Shown piece after piece: positions 12,862 through 24,800 of a stretch of DNA of 64,000 nucleotides. Numbering within the stretch: position 1 is the first letter of the stretch; every line of letters starts with the position of its first letter. The notes below the pieces were generated by a model. The model ran no database searches, was not told the DNA's origin, and saw only the letters and a list, made by a program, of their open reading frames with translations. Source of the stretch: Phoronis australis. Taxonomy: Eukaryota; Animalia; Phoronida. The DNA lies in NCBI GenBank assembly GCA_002633005.1, contig NMRA01000306.1:291866-355865 (forward strand). Direction: 5' to 3'. The translations under genes were made by a program, and so were the position numbers.

Positions 12862-15800
12862 GTGAGTAAATTTGAAACCAAATGGTGAAAGTTGTGTTTC
12901 GTAGCATCTGATGTGGTCGAGTAAAATAAATTTCTAGAATCGTCTTTAGTTATTGGTAAAAGTTTGAAGTATGAAACAACAATAAGTATTTTTTCCGTTT
13001 GTCTTGAATCAAATTGGGTGAACCCAACGATCGTGGTTTTGAGTTGCTATTATACATTGTACAACATCAACAATACCAGCAATCAGTTCGTGACTCTTTG
13101 AGTTTATAAATGATACGTTGCCACTAATAAACAAACATAGATGTTGTTGACGTTTCTGTGCAGGTTCATGCGATTTGTCGGTTGGTTCACAGCTACAAAT
13201 CGTGTCGTTGGAAGGACGCTACCTTTCTAGTGACAGCATCGGTAATTACTCGAACGTCCCTAGCGAGGCTGAGTGTGCCATTCTCTGCCAAAACGTCACG
13301 GACTGTAAGTCGGCAGATTATTATTCGCTCGAAAGAAACTGTACATTGAGGGGAAGTAGCTGGACGCAAGAGAAACCAACGATGTCAGACCGCCATACCG
13401 TCACCCATTTGGAAATGCAGTGCATAGCTGGTAACCAGAAACTATTAATTTATTGGAAATTCTGTGACCACCGCACATGCTTGTCCCAAGTATTTGCGAT
13501 ACATGCACATTTTACGCTGATGGGAAAAGTCCGATTTTGATGTTTTAATCGAATCTGTTGCTTTGCAGCGGTCCACGCAACTTGTTTCAATTCAAATTAA
13601 GTGTCTTTGGAACATAAAATATGTTTGTGAAGAAATTTAATGTTTTTGATACCAGAAGGTTGTCTATACGGCTTTCAACTAATTCTGTTTTGGTACAGGT
13701 GAAGGTTGCGCGCCTGGTTGGCAAGCATACGAGAGTCCATCGCCATGCTACCTTTTGGCGTTTTCGGGTAGTAAGGAGATGACCTATGAGGAAGGATTGA
13801 ACCACTGTGACAGCCTGAACAGTCACCTTGTATACATCAACGACGCGGGTGAAAAGGGTGTTTTCACTCGATGGACGCAGACGTATGTTTAAATAGAAAT
13901 TGATCCCCATGATTTTTTGCAAATATAAGACGACATATGACATGTACACTAATTAGCACACTTCCTTAGGAGGCTTTAATTATTCAAATCTAAACAACGA
14001 CGAAATAAGTTTATGACACAAAAATGTCACCAATAAAGTACACCAATGCATAGTGCGAAAACGCAGTGTTCTAGTCGTGGGCATGTACTTAAACATCAAA
14101 ACACATGCATAACACTGCACATTGATGTCAGTTTTACCATTGCAAAACATCTTAATTGTACCACGTCTTGTGAAACCGGGTTAGAGAGCACAACTTGAAA
14201 ATACAAAACTGAAACGTACATTTAGCTCGACCTTCTTGCTTTTCATAGGACGGCGTCTAATCTGGGTATATCCCAAGAATTCTATTGGATGGCATCGGGA
14301 ACTGTCAAAGGCGACTGGATGAAAATGGATGGACAAGCGTTTGGTACAAGCTTCACCTCAAGTCCTGGTGAAAATTGTGTTGTACTCAACTGCAAAACCA
14401 AAAGCTGTGAATGGGAGTCTGCAAATTGCTCAACAAAACACCAAGTGATATGTGAAAAGGAAACGACTGGTATGGAAACCCTTTTTAGTGACATTGCTGT
14501 ATGTCACATGGAGTACTAGTTGTTGTATCCCAGTGTGGTATGAACTTAAACTCTTGCCAAGTCTTGCAAGATGTGTGCAGCAATTACTTGTTTCAGTAAT
14601 TACCCCTTTCCCGTTTCCAAAAGAAGGCTATTCGTTGCCAATGCAGATTTTGTTGACTGTTTTGATTAAATGTATAACATAAAAGGTTGTTTTGGATTTG
14701 AAAAATTCTTGTGTTGTAGAAATGGCAATTTTGCGATTGATTATAGGGAATTTCAAAGAGTAAGTGTAGAATTTCTTACAAATAATGACGGTGTACGTGC
14801 TCTACGAATAGGATGTCATTACTGCAAATTTGAAGTGGCTAAGGTGGTATTTTAGCGAATTTTGAACCTGTGAAGTTCTTGTGTTTTCTGTGATTCTTGG
14901 GGAGCAGATTTCCTCTGCTGTTCCCATTTGTTTGGGGGAATAATCCTTTCATTGCCAGTCTCTATTCACTGAATGTTAACCAGACCGCTTACAATCTTAG
15001 GTTGTGTTAGCCTTATCGTTTTTGTCTCTTGTCAGTGATTCAACTGTCTTCCCTGTCCGAACACTTGATGTATGTAAGCCCATTCTCGCCTGGTGATGCT
15101 TTTTCATAAATAAAGGTAAACATCGTGTTATATAACATATTTCTTTGTGACTGCAGTTATTTTAAATTTTTAGGATTTCTGAGACCTACAAAAATCAATT
15201 ATAACTCTTGAATATTACCCAGTGCTCAATTAGGAAATCATTTAGACCAGCTTTGAACGTGAGGTGACAAGAGGGATTTCAGCTAATAACGATTTTTGCA
15301 GCTGAACGACTGAATGTGATCTGGCCGGTCCCTGCTTCTGGCTTCAGCGCTACCTCTCATGCTAATAATTTGGAAGCAAAGAAAGTTGCATCCCGGGAAT
15401 CTGAGTGCTGGGCTGCCGCGGGAAATAACCCCAACGATTACGTCCAAATTGATTTTGGCACCCCTAGGCTTATATCGGACTATTCCACTTGGGTGAGCTT
15501 TATAAGAAATTGTGACTGGTAATAGTATTCGCTTATGTTGAAATGGCACCAGACCTTGTTTTAACCCATTAACAGATATGACTATGTCCTTTGTCTCTGC
15601 TGTGCATGACTGAGGTAATCATAAACTATGCCATTATCCTTTCATTGCGCCTGATTTTGTAAACTGCACAAACACGTGGCGAGTACTATTGTAATGGAAA
15701 TTCGAACATAATAATTTCCGTCATTCGCAGTCGTGAGGAAAAGTGACGAGGAATTCGATTTCTACCTAGCCGCTGTGAGGGGAATTCTGGGTCATATTGT

Positions 15801-18800
15801 CTGAATAGATGTAATATAATTGATGCTCTGTTAGTTAATATTTAATTTCCTATGGAAACTGATTAGGAAGTTGGTTCGTATGATAGGGTTGTAAGAACAT
15901 TGACTACTGGACGAAGACATACAACATGATGGTATCACTTGACGACAGCGACTACACGTGTTTAACAGTACCAGGAGAATCCAGCTGCAGAACGGTAAGG
16001 ACACACCAGATTCAATTAAAGACATATCAATATACAGTAGAACACCGCTGGGGAGATTGCTGCATTGACTTTACGTTGTGCATCATTAAATTTTCTTCAG
16101 ATTAGAATTTCAGGTTTATTTTGGTGGCAAGACACTGGGAGGTATTTGGAAAAGATTTGATGCTAGTTTTCATATGTAAACATACATCTTTTGCCGCACC
16201 AATTTCCACTCAACATTTGTAATTCTGGCTGCGCTTAAACCACCGCATATCCTTGTACGGGTATACAGCAAGCCATACATTATAAAAACACGTACTGCTT
16301 TCAGATTTCTTTAATTTCCAGCCGCTTCTATTACAAGTCAGGTTGAACCTACATCTATTACTGTTTCACAGGATCCGTTAAAATCTAGTCAACATCCCGT
16401 TTGCATGTGTGTTTTTAGTTTGAGGGCAATAAAGATCGGTACACTTCAACGGACATCACTCCACCAGTCCTTCCGGTTAGCAGATTTATGCGGATCAAGC
16501 CTCTAACTTTCCACAATGCTAAAGGTCTGAGAGTGAAGATCTTTGGATATGATTACGGTAAACTGAGTTTACGCTCACATTTTGCTCTGAAAACTCCGTA
16601 ACTTTTTATAACAGTTTCTTGTCCAGCAACAATCACAGAGGGGTTTGCATTTATTCGTGAAAGTACGAGTTGCATTTTCCCTCAATCATTCGCTTCAAAA
16701 TTCTAAGGTGTCACTACGACCTCTGAAAATTAAGATGAATCACTGAGTGCCGTTGTTTCCAATGTACTAAATCCCATAAGGTGAGAGGACAAACCGATGA
16801 CCTGCATAGAATATTGTACGAGTCACGAAGAACCTATGGCCTAATTTGCTTCAATTCGAAAAAAGTAATATGCGCTTCCAGAAGCTGCAGTCCTTTCCTT
16901 AGGACAATTAATCTTTTGACGTTCCGTGAAAAAATATCTGTTATTCACCGACCAGGAGCATAAGACCCACGCTTTACATTCGTTTTACCTCGTCTTCGGT
17001 TGCCACTTCTTTCCCGTCGCCACCAGTTTCACCGCCATGTGGACTGCAGTGACTTCGTTATCAATCTGCAACGCATTCACTCGTATAATGCTACGTGCTT
17101 AAAATGTTTGAGGCGAAGGGGACTTATCCCCATACACTGTTATCAACTTATGGGTGGTTGCCAAGATGCATTGATATGGGTAAAATGTAACAATTTCGTA
17201 AAATGTAACAACTGTTACATTTTACATCATTGTTACGTTTTACCTGCTAATCCTCTCCTAAAGTATAACAAGTTGTTACATTTTACATAGTTGTTACATT
17301 TTGTGTCAAATGCACATGCGAGAAGTGTACCACTGTTACATTTTGCGAAGCCAGTTAACGTCATGTTACAAAAATGATCAAAGTCACGAACTTGTGGTAT
17401 CTGAGACGGCCGGGAGATACTCGAGTATTTTTGGACGAGGGCTGCTGCCTGAAATATTTGAGTACCTGCGCGTTTAGAGAGTTGCCTTGGACAAAAAAGA
17501 GACCCATTTAGAGATTAATTTTGTGTAAACATTCACATTTTCGCAAGTTTCTGTTCCCGAATTAAATTCAGAAAGGCACCCTTTTATGTAGTATTTTGTT
17601 GAAAATGGCACTATCTTGGAGAGTCGTTTTGCTGTGAAAAAACGCCCTTTTGGTTTACCTCTTATATAGGAACGCCCTCCGGGCTGACACGGCATAAATC
17701 TGGATACCCATTATCATTTTTATTGCTATTACATGTACATTTATTACTGCTATTACTACCAATACTCGTTATAATTATTATTATTATTATTATTATTGTT
17801 ATTGAAATGATTTAGCAAGGACATAGTGCAATATAAACAAGTAATAATACAGTCATGTTTTAACAAAGAAATAATATATCATGGTCCTCGAAGATTTTGA
17901 AATCATCTCATTTGCGGTTCAACGTTTTCGCTGGACTTTCCATAATGGATAGCGAGTGCTTGAAGGTGTTCCTACGTTCATCTTTAGTTAACAATATTGT
18001 GAGAAACGTCATCACAGCTGTGGATGCAGAGTAGGCCTTCTTTTTGGAAACGAGGAGGTTGAGATCTTGTTTAGACGTGAGCCACTTCAAAAATCGATTG
18101 TTTCAGATCCATCGGCTAGTGAAGCACGGTATTGTTTGTAAAATAATATAACTATATCCTACTGTAGTTTGCCACGAAGAACTGGATTCAGACTGTAATC
18201 TTTTACTTGAGACTTACATCTAAAGGTGAGGATACCCACCGTGTTATCATTTCTGTCTCTTGTTGAAAACATTCCTTTTCAACGAACTGCGTCTCGTTCC
18301 AAAGTGTAAGTTCAAAAATTGCTTTAAGTTAATTCTGAAGGTAAACATTTTTATTTTTTCAAAAACGAGCAACTGCGGTCACTGGGTCATTAGAATAGCT
18401 GGTAACGGACATATAAAACACGCAACAATTTTATGTGGAAAGGGCGCCAGCATTCAGTGATTGAACTGAGTGATTTGAACTAGGTTACATTGAAAGTGGG
18501 TTGTAAGGAAAAAAATCGGCCTACATGTACGTCGAAATCAGCGATGCTTAATATGCGCTTTTTATGCGATGTAGCAAACGGGTTACTACACCAAATTTTC
18601 TGCCTACAACCCTGCGTGTTGTTGACAGCGAGCTGCAACACAAAAATGGCGCCTCATGAGACGGTGGCTTCATGTCCATTAATACATGAGAACGTGCAAT
18701 CTCTGTCTTTATTTATATGTGCTTCGGACTAACGAACATTGATCAAATAGCAATTTTGATTGTCATTTTATTTCAAAATATTGATATTTTATCTTAAAAG

Positions 18801-21800
18801 ATAATAGATAGAGAAAGTGCATGTTTTTGTAGTCCGAAAGACCTACAACTTTTTTCGGACTATTGCCCCTTTAAACTATCGACATACACCAGGTATGAGC
18901 AAAATGACAGTGTCCTTTCAGAGTGGCAAAACATTTTCTATTTCCCCAGCTGGGCCACCCATTTTTAAGTATACACGTCACGGTTTGATCAGTTGTTACC
19001 ACCACTATTTCAGACAGGTTTGACATCATAGGAACAGTAAGATTTCTTTCGGCTTTTAGCTGTTTAAAACACGTTACTATGGCATCACTTTTGAAAACTA
19101 TTGGCTCCCCTTCTCAATCGCGATCTTCTGCTCTAGTACTAGCAAAATCTATCAACCTGCCAGCAAATAACGGCGTGCTTTTATTTCGTTCCTCCACATT
19201 GCCTTTGAAAAATAAAATTGTTATTCTTAGCTAAGGTGGTAGACAGGACCTGTCCGTCGGTATCAGAAACTTTGGCCTTGCCCCGTTTGAGTGGAGCAAT
19301 TAGCCATGATTCCAAGGCAATGAAGCACTGGCGGGTGTTTTTGTCAATCAAACTGGCTTCCGAAATTGAATTCTCGTCGTTTGTTCCCGAAGAAATGCGA
19401 CAGATATTAGCCAAAATACGATGTCATTGTTTCTGTTCAGGGTATTAGGAGAAGTGTGTTTACTGTAATGCCGGACTTACAATTGGGTGTGACCTGCGAG
19501 CACCAAGAAGAGATTCCAAGAACGCTTTAACAATAACCACGTGTTACCTGATCCTGGCAACTCCTTTCATCTGGAGTTGACTCTATGGGGTACATTTTTG
19601 ACTATACCAAAAAACTACTCATGTTAAAAACAGCAATGGAAAGCACGTAGGAACACATCTATAAATTCGTGTTGGCACATTTGATAGAATTCCATTCAAA
19701 CAATCGGGAAAGAAGGTGTTAAGTGCATAAACTGTTTTCCTCCGTTTGACAAATACCATGCAAACTCATGAAGTATGACATCGCTTTCGTAAAATGTAAC
19801 AATAAAACGTTTCTTGCATGTGTATTGGATGTAAATTGTAACAATTACCTAAAATGTAACGACTTTACATTTTAGGAGATGCCTTGCCATGTAAAATGTA
19901 ACAATGACGTAAAATTTAACAGTTGTTATATTTTAGGAAATTGTTACATTTTACGGGGTATCAGTGCATGAGCAAAATGACCTAATATCTCACTTGCGAG
20001 AGGCAGCTCAAACGCCCACTGAAATGCATTGGAAATTTTGCAAAACAATTTTGTTGGTTTGGCGTTAGGTCAAAAATGTAATTTTTATCCTTAAATTTGA
20101 ATCAGTAAGGGTCGTCATAAAAAATTCTGTGTTTTGTGGTTCTTTTGTTACTCTCATTGTTATTACAAAACAGATGGACCAGTTTCGTACAAAAGCACAT
20201 GGAAAAGGGCAGTGGAGTGACGCAGTGACGATTACTGTCTCTCCAGGGCAGATACAGGGTATTTTAGTTAATGGGGGAGATTAGGGCAGAATATTAGCCG
20301 GAATTTTGTGCGTCAGACGTTCGCACCACCCAACCTGCCAAATGGATCATGGGATACTTTTAGGGGGCATGGCCCCCTTGCACCCCCTAAATCCACTACT
20401 GCTCCCCCTGGTGAAAGGACAGTTCAGTGCCAAGAGTCTCACTGGAAACATGTCATACATGTACGAATGCCTACAAATTAGAAAAAAGTAACAACTCCCA
20501 ACGTATTCCAACAGCCGAAACGTTAGCCGTTTTTCACAATTTCATGGCCTGGAAAACACTCTATCAGTGGTTTTGCGATGCCAAAACAGGCTGAAACTAA
20601 AAATATTCATTGAATTATTTGGTCTCGGTCCGAAAAACAACTAGGCTTTCATTTTGAATGAAATAGTACCTTCCCAATATGTTGGTCGAGCTACCGTTTG
20701 CAAGATCATTCAATTAATGTAAAAATNGGTCAGAAATGTAATTTTTATCCGGAAATTTGAATCAGTAAGGGTCGTCATAAAAAAAAATCTGTGTTTTGTG
20801 GTTCTTTTGTTACTCTCATTGTTATTACAAAACAGACGGACCAGTTTCGTACAAAAGCACATGGAAAAGGGCAGTGGACTGACGCAGTGACGATTACTGT
20901 CTCTCCAGGGCAGATACAGGGTATTTTAGTTAATGGGGGAGATTAGGGCAGAATATTAGCCGGAATTTTGTGCGTCAGACGTTCGCACCACCCAACCTGC
21001 CAAATGGATCATGGGAGACTTTTAGGGGGCATGGCCCCCTTGCACCCCCTAAATCCACTACTGCTCCCCCTGGTGAAAGGACAGTTCAGTGCCAAGAGTC
21101 TCACTGGAAACATGTCATACATGTACGAATGCCTACAAATTAGAAAAAAGTAACAACTCCCAACGTATTCCAACAGCCGAAACGTTAGCCGTTTTTCACA
21201 ATTTCATGGCCTGGAAAACACTCTATCAGTGGTTTTGCGATGCCAAAACAGGCTGAAACTAAAAATATTCATTGAATTATTTGGTCTCGGTCCGAAAAAC
21301 AACTAGGCTTTCATTTTGAATGAAATAGTACCTTCCCAATATGTTGGTCGAGCTACCGTTTGCAAGATCATTCAATTAATGTAAAAATAATTAAATACAA
21401 TAACTGGGATGTATCACACCATGTTTGCTTGGTCTGCCATCTGCCGACATGGATCTCTAGAGGGGTAATCCAAGGTATTTTTGTGGAAAGTGAGTGAAAT
21501 CCATACTGAATTTAAGAAAGTCACTAACGTTATGGGAGACACATTGTCTCGGATGTACTGGGTTCCCTTTTCTCCATAGGAAATAGCTGCACTTCTGTCT
21601 TCAAATTGTACTGTGACCTTTCATTACGAAAAGAGGTCATACAGTAGTTTCAGGGCTACCGCGCGAATATAAGCGGAATTTAAATGCTCGCCAAAGTTGT
21701 TACCTTTTTTGTTGGACGCCCATGATAGCATAGATTTTGCTTGACGATGTTCGCTTGGATATAATTCTTGATGCCAAAAAGTGACTTCGTTCAACTGCTC

Positions 21801-24800
21801 CCTCCTGTATATCCATTCATAAGTGCAGGCCTACTTGCTGCAGTCCTTTTGGTGCAGTATACTGTAGTAGAGCTAAGCCTAGGGTCCTCATTATTGTTAA
21901 TAATATGAAAATCCATCACCTAATGAATAGAGATTCGGGATTTTACAGGCTATGGTTTCTTAACGAAGACGCATTTTAACTACGGCACTTGGACTGACTG
22001 GGGAAACTGGACATCGTGCGAAGCGAATGCCACGACACGGGAGCGCTATCGTTGGTGCAACAAAACGCTTCCTGATGTCGGAAGATTTTGCTTAGGGTCT
22101 CCAGTACAATCATTTCCCTGTGGTGCAAGTAAGGTTTAAATGATATTCAACTGAGTTTCGAGGTGATAAGATTCTATGCTACACCAGGCTGTAACAAACA
22201 AGCCGTCCATCAAAGATTCTATTTTTTTATTTTGACCTCTCATTGCTACTTAATTGGTATTTACTGAGTTTAGGAGTCTACGGCATGGGAAAAACTGACA
22301 GTTCGTGAGTGCGTGAGACTGATCTGTGCATATCATAACCGGCCGCAGTAACTGAACTACTGAGCCTGGCCTTTAGCAATAATAAACGGCAGGTCTTCCC
22401 AAACCCTGAGCAATCATTTCTAACATCAGTAGAGAACAAGTAACAGATTTATAACGGCACGTTCGCTAAACCAAAGTACTTTTTGAAACAAGTTGGATTT
22501 ATAGCTGCTTTAAACATTCAACTCTCTGAAAAAACGATTTAATCCTCGTGTTTGGAAATGAAGTTTAAATTTGACGGACTGCCATGCAGGCATAACGTGA
22601 GTTTGGTTCAAACCAATCTTTTCGATATTTTGCAACATAATGGATTGTGGGTGAAAAAACTTATGAACTCACATGTTACAACGTAATTCTCTGCAGTTGA
22701 TGGAGCTTGGTCGATGTGGTCAAATTGGATTTGTGATGCGAGATGTGGCCAAGGAACGAAGATACGCAGCAGGAAATGTGACAACCCTGAGCCCAGTTTT
22801 GGCGGGAATAATTGTACGGGGAATACCACAGATGCGCGCGCTTGTGATGGACTTCCTCCGTGTCCAAGTATGGAGCAAGTGCTTTTAGAACATAAGACTC
22901 ATGCCTTATTGTTTCATAGATACATGTAATTACTAAAGATTTTAATGCTTGCAGTACAAATAAAGTTTTATCTTGCCAGCATGTCACTCTTGTGCATGGT
23001 CACTGAACAAAAATCTACAACATGACTCTAATTGTAAAGAGCAATCTAAGGCTTACAAATAAAGATATGCCTTTCTTGGTACATGTATAGGCATCTGGAT
23101 GATTTCGGCATTCTACAAATGACATTTAAATATGTGTTTTATACTTCAGTCGATGGAAACTGGACTTTGTGGTCTCAGTGGTCAACGTGTACGGCCACAT
23201 GTAATTCGTCTGGGACAACCACAAGACAGAGGTCGTGTACTAACCCTCCACCCCAACACGGGGGTTCAGGTTGCTCTGGCAATACTACGGAGGATTTGGT
23301 GTGCGTAAAACCTCCATGCCCAGGTATAGTGGGTTATCATACTTTATCATTAACACCACAACGAGCTATTATCTCAGACTGTAAAATGAGACTATTAGAC
23401 TACCAGGCATTGTAAAAGGTGAACACTTAGTAAACATACAATATGCGAGGTTCCCTGAAAGTTTTTGAAAATGAGAAAGTTGTAGGTCGCATGCAGGTGT
23501 TTGTTGCATGCTTTCCATATTGATAAAACCGTTGTGAACTAATAGAATTTCTGCAAAATTACTAAGTTTAAGCTTAAACATGTTTTCATTTACGCAATGG
23601 ACACATCATTTCTTGAGCAGTGAATGGATCGTGGTCGTCATGGACGAATTGGATATGTGATGTCTCCTGTGGTCCTGGCAATCAAAGTCGCAGTAGAAGA
23701 TGTGATAACCCAGAGCCATCGTTCGGGGGACATAACTGTACTGGCCCAAGCGAAGAAGTGCAGATTTGCACTGGAGTACCTCCGTGTCCAGGTATAACTG
23801 ATCAACTATCCAAAATGCGAACCTCCGTGTTAAATACCCCATGCAACTACCAAATTAACCGTCCAGCTGCAGCTCCTTTGCCAAGGGACTGCAAATTGTA
23901 ATTGGCACCGTGTTAAGAGGTTAACTGGCTGTAGGAAACTGGAAATAATTTTGTTAAATTCACTGAGGAGAATGATATGTGCTTTTGTGTTCTTTCTTTT
24001 CCTACAGGAAAGCTGATGTTCATTTTTTCAGATTAACAGTTTTACCACGACATTAAATCATGTTCATAATGACTTATTCCAGGTTTTCGGAACTAAGCAA
24101 ACATTCCATTCGAGGTTTGTGACTAACCAAAACAACAGTTTTGAGGGGATCACTAATCACCTCTGGCAAATTTAAGGGGATCCAGTCCCCATGACTATCT
24201 CAAATTAAAACAGCACAGCACGCCGCTATATGTCATGTCGAGCGTCTTTCTGTTGGCATTGCCTCGTCTCACCCCCTTGTGATATCTATATCTACCAGTG
24301 GTCATTCAGCGTGAATGTTTTAAATCGAAAAAAAAGAACAGTTGAGCATACAACTCTCATTTTACGTTTATCTCTCATGGACATCTGTATGGTTCCTAGG
24401 ATGTACAGTATGCCTAGAAAAAAGGAATACTGGAAACTCATTCTTTTCGCCATCTGCTGACTTGGTACAAAGAAAATGAGTCCCAGTGTCATTTGGTATT
24501 GCTGTTTCAGTTAACGGCAGTTGGAGTGACTGGTCTTCGTGGTCCAACTGTTCGGCCACGTGCAACTCCAGCGGTGTAATGACAAGGCTGCGGAATTGTT
24601 CCAACCCGGAGCCGCAACACGGAGGAACCAACTGCAGCGGCAATGGTACCCAGGAGGTTGAGTGTGTAAAGGTGGACTGTCCAGGTACGATTCTATTGGT
24701 TTGGAAAGGGCTGGTAGTTGTCAATGCGTTTATTAGAAAATTGAGTGAACATGTTATTCCAACATCAATCAAAGGTGAATGTCCATATTTTTTATTTGAA

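Noticed and set aside
20068-21388. 660-bp tandem duplication as a real event; twin 61-aa ORFs
   Set aside because: The copies meet exactly at a single N and differ at allele level, typical of unmerged overlapping contig ends or haplotypes. The ORFs overlap a dispersed repeat. Long reads or half read depth would confirm.
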